From Massalongia carnosa (lineage: Eukaryota), in contig OZ287077.1 in the NCBI GenBank assembly GCA_965645245.1, positions 1,612,001 through 1,676,000 on the forward strand: a DNA stretch of 64,000 nucleotides, given 5' to 3'. Shown piece by piece: positions 49,810 to 61,653 of the stretch (position 1 is its first letter; each line of letters opens with the position of its first letter). The translations under genes and the position numbers were made by a program. A model generated the notes under the pieces. It did no database searches, had not been told where the DNA came from, and saw only the letters and a program-made list of their open reading frames with translations.

Positions 49810-50397
49810 TATTTTTTTTATTTTTTATTAATTCATTAAGCGTATGCATCCTAAGGATATGACGCTGTGACTGCTATTTATGTACATAAACAACAGTCAG
49901 GAAGTGGAAACCTGGCCCCCAGGGTCAAACCACTCCCTTGTTCCATGTTGAACGCAACGAGACCGTCCTTCTACCACGCGGTGCATACACCCAGATCTTC
50001 AAGCGCTAGGAATCCTATAGACTCGATGAACTAGACAGTGTATTTCCACACGTTCGACGAACGTTCTCTCTCTTTAAACGTTTTGATTCAATGGAGAAAA
50101 GACTGGCCGTGATCGAGGGCAGATCGTGGTGTCGTATAAATGAAGGTGTGTAAGTGTGGCCATTCTAAATGAATGGGCTTTTTCGATGAGGTGAAAGGCT
50201 TCCGCCTGAGGGGTGTGGCCATTCCGAATGAATGGGCTTTGTATGTGTGCCTTCGAGGTGACGAATGATCAGTAGAGACGTTGATCGTTCAAATGGCCAC
50301 CGAGGTGGACTTCCGCGTTGGCGATGATCAGATATTGGCCACCTCCGAGGAGGTGTTGATAGCCTGCACCACGTAGAGGTTTCTGACCCAGCAGGCC
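49810..50397 (-). mobile_element. Non-autonomous non-LTR retroposon (SINE-like, 588 bp) headed by an HDV-like ribozyme
   Basis: 12-bp direct repeat acgcaatagtat at 49798-49809 and 50398-50409. A-rich tail on the minus strand (aattaataaaaaataaaaaaaata). No ORF in the supplied track. Several hairpins have mismatches that are G-U pairs only on the minus strand. Confidence 0.85.
50326..50397 (-). ncRNA. HDV-like self-cleaving ribozyme (nested double pseudoknot)
   Basis: RNA: GGCCUGC UG GGUCAGA A ACC UCUACGU GGU GCAGGCU AU CAA CACCUC CUCG GAGGUG G C CAA UA UCUGAUC. P1 GGCCUGC/GCAGGCU (7 bp, G1-U wobble). P2 GGUCAGA/UCUGAUC. P3 ACC/GGU with a 7-nt L3. P1.1 reduced to one U-A pair. CAA junction, P4 hairpin, and J4/2 GCCAA with the C75-equivalent at 50338. 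Confidence 0.85.
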
Positions 50398-50643
50398 ACG
50401 CAATAGTATAATCACAAGTCTAGGAGTATTAAGTTAAGGTAGGTCGAGTAAAGGAGTGGTGGGGGAAGTTTTGAATCAAGTTGCAAGAAAAGGGGTGCTA
50501 GTAGCTGGAAGAACTTGTTTCCGCTGTGTGAACTATTTTAGGGTTAAACCCTCTTCTTGCTTACCTAATTCTGTCCGCTAACGTTCTCCGCCAACATCAC
50601 ATTGATGATCTTGAAAACCTCCTCCTTCATCGAAATACTGCCT

Positions 50644-50769
50644 GTGAGTTCTTGCCTATCGCCTTCACATCTCAAAGATGCACCGCATCGAAACAGTCTC
50701 TCTCTGATCACATACTGGCGCAATATATACAGCTAACATCTAATTTCGCCGCTCTGTCGACCCTCGTAG
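50644..50769 (+). other. Probable 5'-UTR intron of RPS30
   Basis: Donor gtgagt (50644), branch site gctaac (about 50732) and acceptor tag (50767-50769), ending 63 nt before the RPS30 ATG. Confidence 0.55.
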
Positions 50770-50832
50770 ATTCAAAAACCGAGCATTTCGTTTCGACCCA
50801 AACATCCATCAGAATAAGCATACACCGTTATC

Positions 50833-51450
50833 ATGGGTAAAGTTCACGGCTCGCTCGCGCGTGCTGGGAAGGTTAAGTCGCAAACGCCAAAGGTACGCTA
50901 GATAGCTTTGTTCTTTACTGTCACCGTTACAACCTGCTTTTTTCGTCCAACATCCTGCTACGCTTTTCAAACATCCAGGTGCTGTGGCAAGTTATGAAGA
51001 CGGCGAATTTTCATTAAAAAAATCATGGTTACTACATGAACTTCGTCCATTTCATGTCTAGGCCAATCCTCTAAAGATCCTTAATTGAAGGGAAAGTGAT
51101 GACCCTACTAATCTAATCCTCTCTCTCTTTGTAGGTTGAGCCCCAAGAGAAGAAAAAAACCCCGAAAGGGCGTGCCAAGAAGAGAATCACATATACGCGT
51201 CGATTTGTAAACGTAACGATGACGGGCGGGAAGCGAAAGGTGAGTGATCGATCTTTGGAATTTCGGTGTTGTTCCTTTTTCTCGTCAAACCCCCCACACC
51301 TTGATTTTGACATCGTCAATGGGAGCTGTCTTGATAATGGAGACTATATTCCTCAGTCCTATGTAGACAAAGTACTGGAAACACAATAGGCGAGACTTAA
51401 ACTGCTGACAAGAAATTCGTATCTAGATGAACCCCAACCCTACCGCCTAG
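50833..51450 (+). CDS. RPS30: 40S ribosomal protein S30 (eS30)
   Basis: Exons 50833-50892, 51135-51239 and 51427-51450 give [62 protein letters not shown]. Missed by the ORF track because of introns. Confidence 0.98.
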
Positions 51451-53546
51451 GCTGTGCTGGAGACATTCTTTTTGAAGGGGCTGGACTAAGAAACAGAAGG
51501 AGCGAAGGGACAAGGATGGATAATGTGCGAGAACTTGCTTGGACCGAGATTACCGAACGATAATTCTGTCACTGCTCGGTGCAAGACTAGATTTTCGAAA
51601 CCCGTGTCGAGACAAACACGATCCGTTTATGCTAAAAGGATAGCATGCCTAGCCTTTATCAAATCAAGAATCCAGCTTTTCTGACTCTTAAAGACTTTCA
51701 CTGCTCCTTTGAACAGCGTCAGTTTTACAAGAAAGGCGCCATAATTAATTGCTTATATAAAGGTATCGCTGTGCTAGTCCGGCAGGCTTGGAACAACTGC
51801 CCGTTCCCAACGTCATGAAATAGGTGTTCTTCCCTTCCTGCCATTCCGTTCCCAAGTAATTGATTTTTCGCCTGACCTATCCCCTTTTTCAATATCTTGT
51901 CTCCCTCATATCTCCCTCGAACAATCCCAAAAGAGCCTTCTCAAACCTTTCTTCTTGACAGACTCTTCTCCTACCCATCTCCCTCAACACCTTTGCCCTA
52001 AATCTATCCAATGCGAACGTCTAACAATACCAATTTCCATCTCTGATTCCCCCCAAATCCTATCTCCTCTTTTAACCTCCCCCCTCCTTGTCTCCGGTCC
52101 TGTTCCCGTCTCCATTCCTGTCCATATTCTCGTCCCCTTATAGGAGTAATCCCTCTCCCCACTCGATCATAACCAGTTTACCCATTAATCCCCATTAACC
52201 CCACCACCCTCCAGCGCTCATTCGTCAAACCTTACCCCATCGGCTTTAAGCTCAAATATCATCTCATGTTCTAAATGACCACCATCCTCAACTCCCACAG
52301 TGCCTCATTTTGTTACTACCCGCATATTTTTGGGGTTAAAAATTTATCCTTTCCAAAAAAAAGAGTCCTCCCCATCTTCGAGGCGGCTTTCAAACTAGAG
52401 TTTGTTTGTTTGTTTGGGGGGGGGTCAAAGGGAAGGAAGGCTGAAAGCTGAAGAAAGGGAGGAATGGAGAGACTGAAGTGATAACATGCTAACCCAGCCA
52501 AAAAAGGACAAAATAACTTTATCGCGTAATTACTCTCAAAGAATAAGACTGGACATCTATCTACTTAACTCAACGTCTGGTAGAGTCCAAATCGCAGCCT
52601 GCACTCCACACCTCCTACTTGTGATGAACTGATAGTCCTCGGTTAACCATTCGACAGTCCCCCTTCACTCATCCTCATCCACAACTTCTGCGACCTCGCT
52701 CCCACCCTCCATGTCTCTCCCTCAATCTTCGGCGTCATGGCTCCCGTCATCATCATCGCACTTACACTATGATACGTCTTGATCCTCGCCGCTGTCATGC
52801 CAGCCCTTAGGGGCTTTATCCATGATGTTGATGATACGGCCCACCGTTAGGTCAGTAGTGCCCCCTGCTTATACACCAGCATGCCACTGCTAGCTATCTT
52901 CTCATAAAGTTGCGTTTTCCGAGGCAGGGCGCTCAGACTCGCACTTTCATCCCCATTTTTATTTACTGGGCTAAAGTATTCGAAACCCACGCACGGTATA
53001 TAACGGTCAAACTTGATATGTCGGCTTTTTCGATAATGAGGAACGCGCAATCATCCTGGAACTCTCTCCTTGTGGTTGGCCTTTCAGCGGTCTCCCCGGA
53101 GATTTTATAGAACCATTGGAGACTTTCAGTTAAACATCTGGTTCATCACTGTGCTGCTTCCTGATCATGAAGCGATCGCCGTGGTTCAAAGTGTGGCTTA
53201 TTGTTAAAGCCAAGTGAGTACCTTAATCAGTCTGACTATACCAAGGCCTTAGTATAATCCAGCGTAAGCGGCACAACAGGTGCCGTACATAGTGAATCGC
53301 CCTTCTGGATACAAGGATTTATGCAGGCATCAAGGGTGCCATACCAGCCAACGCCTTTCACAGGCACAAGATAGGGTATATGCAACCAGGGAGGCAGTTT
53401 CGGAGGAGACTGGCCGGTGCATGGCGTAATCTCTAGGCGACCTTGATGTTCGGCGGCATAAAATGTAAAATACTGATATCCTAAATTTGTGGTTAGAGGC
53501 TGATTGACCGCTTTATGGTTTAGATTGGATTAAGGCATTGAGAAAC

Positions 53547-54170
53547 TTACCCATACTTCCGGAGATATGATTTAAGAGAGGCATTGATCTTACCGTCAAT
53601 CATGGCACGGCGATTTATTTCTCTGGGCCATTCGCCGTGGTTGAGCTCAAACAGCTGTTCCAAAGCATCCAGCCTCTCCGGAGTTATGGAATGAAAATCG
53701 AGAGCTAGATCATAGAGATCAAGAGACATCTTCAAAGCTTCTTTCATCACAGTTGCTTGCATAAATTCTCGTGCTCTAACTTTTAGGCCATTCTTGGGTC
53801 TTCGTGCTGATCCAGAGGTTGGATAGCGTTTGGGTTCATCACCACCATCGTTATCACCGCTGGAGATAATTTGATAATGAGTGATATCGTTTTTGGGAGG
53901 GTCCAAGCAAGAGATATTTGTTGCCTGGTTATTTGTGGGTGGGGGAGGATCTAGGCAAGCAATTTCTGTTGCAGAGATGGGTAAGAGAGGGGGATGAACC
54001 AGGCTGCCATGTGAGGTCGAAGTAGTGGAGAAAGCGGATTGGACACAACTAGCCGATGGAGCCTCAACATTTATGGATGAGCGAGTGAGCCGCCGGCGGA
54101 GGGGTCGTTCCATCGTAGCATGGATGGAAAGAGAAGACAGTGACTCTGAGCGGTTGATTCTTGAAGCCAT
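53547..54170 (-). CDS. Hypothetical protein, probably the first exon of a longer or decayed gene
   Basis: 207-aa ATG-initiated ORF ending at a gtaagt donor (53550), with branch site ctaac and an acceptor at 53481. Short internal duplication (IACLDPP/ISCLDPP). No family recognised. Confidence 0.4.
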   Translation of the reverse strand: MASRINRSESLSSLSIHATMERPLRRRLTRSSINVEAPSASCVQSAFSTTSTSHGSLVHPPLLPISATEIACLDPPPPTNNQATNISCLDPPKNDITHYQIISSGDNDGGDEPKRYPTSGSARRPKNGLKVRAREFMQATVMKEALKMSLDLYDLALDFHSITPERLDALEQLFELNHGEWPREINRRAMIDGKINASLKSYLRKYG

Positions 54171-57100
54171 ATATCTTAACTTAGGTATTTAGAGTGTTGC
54201 GTTGTTGGTAGATAGATCGCAGTGGTGCTGGGCTGTAATGTGTAAGACGGATGGTTGATCAAATGAAGGACATTCTCATTATAACCAAGTAGGCTAATTC
54301 AGAACCGGTCAGGCTTGTACCCCAAGCTAAGTACTATAAGTTAATATCATTTAATTTCGTGGTAGGTTCTAGATATTGTAGGAAGAAAGAATGAGAAAAC
54401 ATGCAAGAGAAAAGAGGCACTGCGATAAGAGTGTAGAGACAAGAACCTATGCGGTTGAAAACATCATGATTCAGCTACCCGAGGTTTAGCTATCCATCCG
54501 GAGAAACCCAAACCCAAAGCCAACAAGGCTCCCCAACTGGTTGACACACCAGGCATGGAGATGATAAATGAATACCTTAATCGCGAGAAACCTGCTTCTG
54601 ATCGTCGCGAACAAACCACTTCACTTCTTCAAAGGAGTGTTATCAAAACAGGAATGAATATCCATTCGCCGCCAGCGAAGGGGTTTTCATAACAACTCTG
54701 GTTTTCAAGTAGAAGTAAAGCCGGAACATAGTAAGTCAGTCTTTCAACATGAACAAGAGACCAGATAACTAGTCGAGGATGGCACAACAAACCCGGAATC
54801 CTATTAATGGGATTCAACAGAGCGTTTATGCTAACTACCCTATGGTGAGCTTGGAGAAGTGTTGAAATAGGTATATGACTATGGCTATATGGCTATGTAA
54901 TAATAAAGGTATGTATGACCGTGATGTTAAGGATGAAGAGTTGCTAGGAAGCAATCTTTTCCTATTACTGGTCACCCCCTTCTAAGCGAGGTGATCTTAT
55001 CTTATCTTGGGACTAAGCCTAATGCGGCATCTACGGTTTCCGTAGATGATCTGTCCATCTAGGACAGCCGTAGGTGCTATGTTCATCGTACTGATAGGTG
55101 TTCATTGTGCTGGTAGGAATTGGATATTCAACAAGAAGTCTAGTTTCACGAATTCTGCATGTTTCATCGGACGCACCCATGGCGTCTCAGGTGCCGAGGC
55201 GCATCTTCATCAAAGGACAGACGAGCTTATCCTCACCTCCTTCAACGACTGAAGAGATCGACCAGGCAAATCATTGGGTGGGGGCTACGAGCATCAAACT
55301 CCAGTGGGGAAGATCCAATAGCATGGATAAATCGGGCGCCGAAGGGCAGGAGCAAAGAAAGCCTTTATGCTCTAGGATTTGGAGGGGATGCAAGGTAGGT
55401 CCGTTTGGGAGCGACGTACAGAGTATGCTGCCTTAATTTGGCGCCAGCTGGAGGCACAAACGTACCCATTCTGCACGCACACATATGCACCTAAGCGAGA
55501 TTCTCCAGACTTTGGGGGCCAAAACCGAAAGAGATAACGTTGAGCTCCCTATCGTCAGTGGCTTTCATCAATGGCTTTTAAGCCATTGACGCATCTAGCA
55601 ATGTACAGACAACTAGATCCATAGTATCCACTTCGCATTGTTGCAAGCCCTTTGGATACTAACTATTCAGCGATCTTAAGAAAACGCCACATTGCTGGGG
55701 AAGAGCGATCGGTTAATTAACTTGGGGAACTCTTTAAACCACACACCCTTGACTGTTCAAAGCTGCAAAGGCGCTTTTCCCCGACCGCACTCTCAAGCAC
55801 AACCATGGCGTGCAAAGAATGCTCAGTTAAGACGCCAACCCTCGGAGGGAGTAAACCTTGGTTCGTTTTATGGTCGAATTTTCTCAGCAAACGCCATGTT
55901 TTTGGCGCATCGCATGAACGAGCGAACAGAACTATTTTTGTGCGAGCATAAAGGTATTGTAGAAAGGCTGGAAGCGAAGCTGCAGCGATAACGGAAAGGA
56001 GTAAGGCGAGGGTGCCTACATGAGGGGTGAATAAGCTGTCATGAGTGCATCCATGAGCAGTTGATTTGTCGAAGCAGCAATGTCATTGGGCGTTCTGATT
56101 CTATCGTCAATGACTGGGATCATGTTGCTCAGGAAATCGGTGTCTTTTCTGTCTTTCTTGATATTTTCTTTGGCATTACTCTTTCCTTTGTTGAATTTCT
56201 TGCTAGAGGCGTTAGAATTTAATACATTTCTTTTTTATCGTAGGTACAGGTTGAAATTCTATCCCACACAACCCACAAAGACCAAATTTTAATTGCGATA
56301 ATTGCTGCAAGAAAGACGATATAATTTCTTAGTACACAAAGGTATTGAGCATATGTTGGGCGTTTTTCAAAGATATTATGAAGAGGTATAAGCTCCGACA
56401 CTTTCCGATGATTTATGAGCTTAGCATCCGTCCATGATCGTGGAAGGAATAAATCCAAAACGTGATGCTCAACTCGTTGGAGAGAGACGATGTAAAAAAA
56501 TGCTGCGACAGAAAATGAAAATGAAATCCATAAATGAGCGGGTGCTTTGTTTGGAAGGAAAACAGGCGCAATTTCTCTCTCCGCGATTTCTCTATCCGTC
56601 CATCTATCTTAGTCTTTCGTTCATCGCAATGGAATAGGCAAATGGGAAGGCGATGAACAAGATGGGGATCTAGACGGTAAAGAATGCGATCGAGGAAAGG
56701 ATGGCGCTATATGAACGCGGAGGCGTACAGAATCCATAAGTTGTCGTATCGTCTGATCGTCATGTTTTCAGCGAGAGAAGGCGATTTCAGGCCACTACCT
56801 AAGCCCTCCTCCATGGCATATCCAGATACGTGCGTTAGCAGCAAAAAGAATACAAAAGACCGCTCGCATTTCATTTCCTTTCTCTCAATGAATCCATCGA
56901 TTTCAGGACCGGTGTTGGCTGCGTTCCGGACGGTGAATGCTCCAGCGGACTCCTGCCTTGGGTGGTTAATAATCACCATGCCATCATCATCATCATCAGG
57001 GAGGCAGGCAGTCATCCTTCAGCAGAGTGACAGTCCCAGTGCAGGCCCTTGGCAGACTTCGCAAACATGAACCGACCGCAGAAAAGTTCAGCAGCCAAAC

Positions 57101-58397
57101 AGTATCAAAGGGGAGTTCGAAAACGCTCAACGAAAGAACTAGCAACGAGAAAGAGCTAAAAAAAATTTTTTTATTGCACGAGCAATGGGCGTCGAAAGGA
57201 ATGGAATAGAATGGAGTGGGTTTGAGCAAAGGTGACAAACAATGAAATAAAATGATTACGGATCAAGCCCACGAGCTTGGCCCGTGTAAGTCCCGAAAGC
57301 TGACAAATTCCCAGTCAAGGTCCAGAGTACTCGTGGGGGGGAAAATAGCCATAGCAGGAGCTACCTAGGTAGTCCAGGGGAGTAACCAGGCAGTTCTCTT
57401 CCGTAAGAAGAACCTGGATCACCTTCTGATCGGTTTCAGGGAGGGAAGGGAGAGGGGGGCAAATTCAAGCGACAAAGCACAGGAGATTCCTTCTCGCCTG
57501 AGCCTGGCAGCGGGCCAGAAAAAGCAAAAAAGGAAACAAAAAAAAGGGTCGAGAAGGGCCCCCCCTTCGCCCCCCCTGAACTTTCGGTGTTAAGCGCCCG
57601 CTACGAATCGATGATGGTTTCAGCTCAGTCTGCCTTGCCGTTCGCCCTCGTCTGTTAATGTTCGTTCGTTGGGCCAGGGTCGTGCGAAAGAGGGGTGTTG
57701 GTGCAGTAACGTGCATTGCGGGATTTGAGAGAGAACGGGGGATTCCACGGGGCAACAGGCAACAATGAACCCCTCTTTCAACGCGTTCTCGCTGTTCGGT
57801 CTGTAGAGGACTATTTCAAGGTAAAAGCGTGTGGGATAGGAAGTGGGCCCTGGAAAGCTTTGGGTTGACGAAGTCTTCAACATTATACATTGGATATCTA
57901 TACTCTGCAAGCAAAGAAATTCTGATATGTATAACCATAGGAGATACACGCAAATGATGGTATCTGTACAACCAATGCTCCAAATCCCATAAACCATTGC
58001 AAAATCCACCTGATATCCCAAAAATGTTATACAAAACCCATTATCAATGCTTTTCCAGCAGCCATCATTCCGCGTTCGCTGAGACCCTTCGTGATTGGAA
58101 TAACCACGCCCGTAGGAATAGCTGCAGATCAAGCGATGCCAAAGCGACGAACAGTCCCTACCGTACATAGCCCATATCATCCTGCTTTCGTAGAGATTCC
58201 TATTTCTCTAGTCACTAGACCAAATCGGCAAGAGAATAGTTCCGGTTTTTCTTTCAGCCCAATTCCTCCACTGGCCCATATTATTACCGAATCATAAAGC
58301 AATATTCCAAACGCTCAGAACGTCCCTAAGTAGTCCTGCCTCAGCTTTTTGCGTCTTTGACAAGGTTTCTTCTTTATGAGAAGCTTTTCAATAGTGC

Positions 58398-59798
58398 TCA
58401 TCGACTTGGGCCGCCTGCGAAAAGAGCAGTAGCATCTCCGTTGAAATGATGTCCCACTTCTTCCTCTTGCACCTTTGCGAGTGGTGGGGGATCCGAGTAC
58501 CATCCGTACTCTGAAGACTTCCCCATGATCGGATGGCAAGTAATAGCGCTCCAAGTCGGAGACGTAACAAAATGATGCATCGGCTGGCTGGGAACTGGCG
58601 GGGCGGACAGGGGCGTCGACCGTGCTTCCGATACCGACGTGTTTGATGACGTGGCGCTGGTCTGGAGAGATGGGGGATGCATGTCTGATGCACGGCGCCG
58701 AAATTCCATTGGGAGAGAGGACTGATAATGGTTGTGGTAGTTCAGGGGAACATCGTCAACATGCCCATAGGACAATGACCGCGGATGCATCGACCATCCA
58801 GCATCATCTCTGGGCGGCGGAAGGGGAGTGAAGCTAGGACCAGGATCGCGGGCCTGCTGAGGCACCGAACTTGGCGGCTGGGTAAAGTGCGCGGAAAAGC
58901 CTGGTGTGACTGGGGATTCGGCAAGCTTCCAATATGCTTGAGCGGGATCTTCAGGCGTGGAGTGCCCAGCTGAGAGAGGACCATGATCAAAGTACGGCGA
59001 GTCCCAATGTTGCCGTTCATGATGATGGGGGAACTCGAATGCTCGGTGACTGGTTGGGCCTACACGCCCGTTATTGGAAGCTCGTTGGAGATGTAGAGAG
59101 AAGATGGCTCAACTTACCTCGACCCACGGGAGACAATACATCTCCATTCATGGAAGCGGTCGCCGAGGGAAAGTCTTGAGTCGAGAGGGGAAGTGGGGGA
59201 TAGTGGTGGAAATGATCAATGGAATCAATAACGCAGCTGCCTACAGCAGGCGAAGATGACGAGGAGGTCGAATTCTCGCCAGGATTGTCGATTTTTGATC
59301 CTGTTCGTGGCCTTCGCTCTATTTGCGGCTGCTGATCCACGGGGAAGAAATTACACTCCTTCTTCAAACGTATACAGTTTGAACACCGGTTTTGAGCGTC
59401 ATCTGGGGCCAGAAGACATCTTATTTTGCGTCTTCTGCAATGACCTGTAGCATCTCGTCAGCCTTTCCGTTTATGAAAATGAAGATCCACGTACCACAAG
59501 CGACTGAAGTGCGGTGATAACCCAACTTGTTGCGTCGTTTGTCGGCCACAGACAGGCCCGATTCTCCTCCACGAACGTTGGGCGTCGACGCCGATCGCTT
59601 CAGTGTGTTCATCGAGTGTTTTGACATTTTGCGCCGCCGTTGTGCAGCCATCGAGGCACTCAACGGACCTGGCGGATGAGATAGGATATGTTGCGATGGT
59701 AAGGATGAGGGATTTCCATAATTGAAAGTTGAGCTGCTCAGAGGTTCCGGTGCGCTCCCTAGCGGCGAATGGCGGGTTTGATCCGGCACCGACGCCAT
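58398..59798 (-). CDS. Zn(II)2Cys6 transcription factor, 3 exons
   Basis: Exons 59798-59495, 59444-59118 and 59059-58398 join in frame. KRRNKLGYHRTSVACGHCRRRKIRCLLAPDDAQNRCSNCIRLKKEC gives CX2CX6CX10CX2CX6C. The start codon is uncertain (59798, 59804 or 59906). Confidence 0.9.
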
Positions 59799-61606
59799 GA
59801 TCATTAGGTCTTTCAGATTTCTTCCTTCTTCGGTTGCGTATTCCGACAGTCCTCGTGGCGAAGCTGCTTGTTTGGCTTTCAATCTATGCCTTGTTCCAGC
59901 AGCCATATAGAAGTCGTAGAGCCACCAAGGTGCGCGTTTGCATTATCCGCAGGTGGGCTTGTCGGGTCAACTGGATGAGTTCGTGATTAGGATGACTTAA
60001 TGATGTCCCCGTTATACACGCGTAGGTCCAAATGCAATAACTGCAAGAGAAACCAAAGATTATATATGACAATGAAATGGTGGGGGTAAGCGTCTTGACA
60101 AGAAAAGAATGTTTGTCAAAACCAGAGATATTAATGAGCGCAGATACTTGGAGCTTTATCGAACTTCTTCTGGACCAAGACTAGTGGACGATCAAGCAGA
60201 GAGACGACCTCTACTAGCCAGACCGTTTCAAGGTTTGAGCTTGGTGAGGGGGGGCAAATGCAGGGGATCCAGATGGGTTGTTCCGATAGTTACCCAGCAG
60301 TTCACTCACAACAGGAGGGTGGGGGATGCGTTTGACCGAGCGATGGAGTGAAATTTTGCCAGCACCTTAGCTTCAAGGTACGTACCGGGGGGGATAGCAC
60401 ACACTATAGCTCTGTACTTCAAATGCCAATCGGAAAAACGTGGCGTCGAAGGCTAATGGAATAATGGAACAATGGAAGTCGAAGAGCGATAGTGCTTCGT
60501 TAGGGCCATAGAAGCACATGGCAGGCATGACCCAAATTCGAAACAGGCGATCCTCGACGAATCATGACGAGCGGCAGGGAGGTGCAGAGATTAATGTGCA
60601 GCGATTGTCCGGTCGATATCTGGTGAGGCTTGGCTTGCCAGTAACAAATGGCATTCGCGCCGTCTTAAGCCCAAAAGAAAAAAAAGGTTAGAAAGCTGGC
60701 GAGCAGCCCTACAGGCCTGACGTGGTTGGCCAGAAATGCCTCCCAGTACGACTTCATTTTGGTGTTGGTTGGAGCCTAGTAGCATGGGGACCGGCCAGCG
60801 CTTCTTTCCCACCTCCACCTCTCCCTATCCTCGTCATGTCTTTTCATATTCAAGCTAGTCAATAGCTGGTTGTGTTACCTATCCGTGACGAGGACGTTCT
60901 CTCGAATGCCTATTCGTGATTTTCTCTACCCTCCAAATGCCGTTTGCTCGCAACCAACTGGCCACTCAGAGCATATGGTCCGGCGCACATCTGGATGATC
61001 AGTGAAGTCACCATGAAGGGGCTTCTCATGCCTCGATTCAGCTCACCGAATTTCCAAGCATCCTTCTGATGGTAAATTGCCCACCGAGCTTAGGCACGCC
61101 ACAGCCGTCAACCGCCCTTGTTTTGAGTGTATGGAATACGCAAACCTGCTCCGAGACCTACTTACTAGCTTCCTGGAATATGCAAGGGACATGGTGGTAA
61201 CTACAAGCTGACTGTCAAAGGTCTGGCTTGCCCATGGGGTTTCCACACCGAAAGTGCAGCCCAGAGGCCAGTCAACGTGACGATCGTTCATCACTTCGGT
61301 AATACGCTCCTCATCACCATTCATATTCCCCGATGCAAGCATGACGAGCTAAGGCACTCCGTGTTATGGTAAAAAAAAATCAGTTAACTGTGATATTCGA
61401 CGCACCAAGGTCAGGATCTACATTGCCACGTGAAATGATTAGCGGAGGGAGCTAGTTATAGGGCGATTTGGGGAAATTGGCGGTTAATTGACGACAGCGT
61501 GACCGATGGTGGGTTAGTGGCAGAAGTAGGTAGGGAATAGCGATCATGGCAAAATGCAATGTATTGCTAGTAGATGTACGGATTACGCTGTTGTAGTTTG
61601 ACCGTT

Positions 61607-61653
61607 GACCATTGACCATTGACCATTGACCATTGACCATTGACCATTGACCA
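61607..61653. repeat. (TGACCAT)n heptamer tandem repeat
   Basis: About six to seven units. Confidence 0.9.

Noticed and set aside
49850..50560. Telomerase RNA candidate: template-like TAACCCTAA on the minus strand at 50538-50546 upstream of a structured region
   Set aside because: The structured region is bounded by a TSD and A-rich tail and starts with an HDV-like fold. The TTAGGGTTA lies outside it, in the RPS30 upstream region, where it is more simply a promoter motif or chance.
50600..50710. C/D box snoRNA (tgatga ... ctga) upstream of RPS30
   Set aside because: It would straddle the candidate 5'-UTR splice donor, and I could not identify an rRNA guide sequence.
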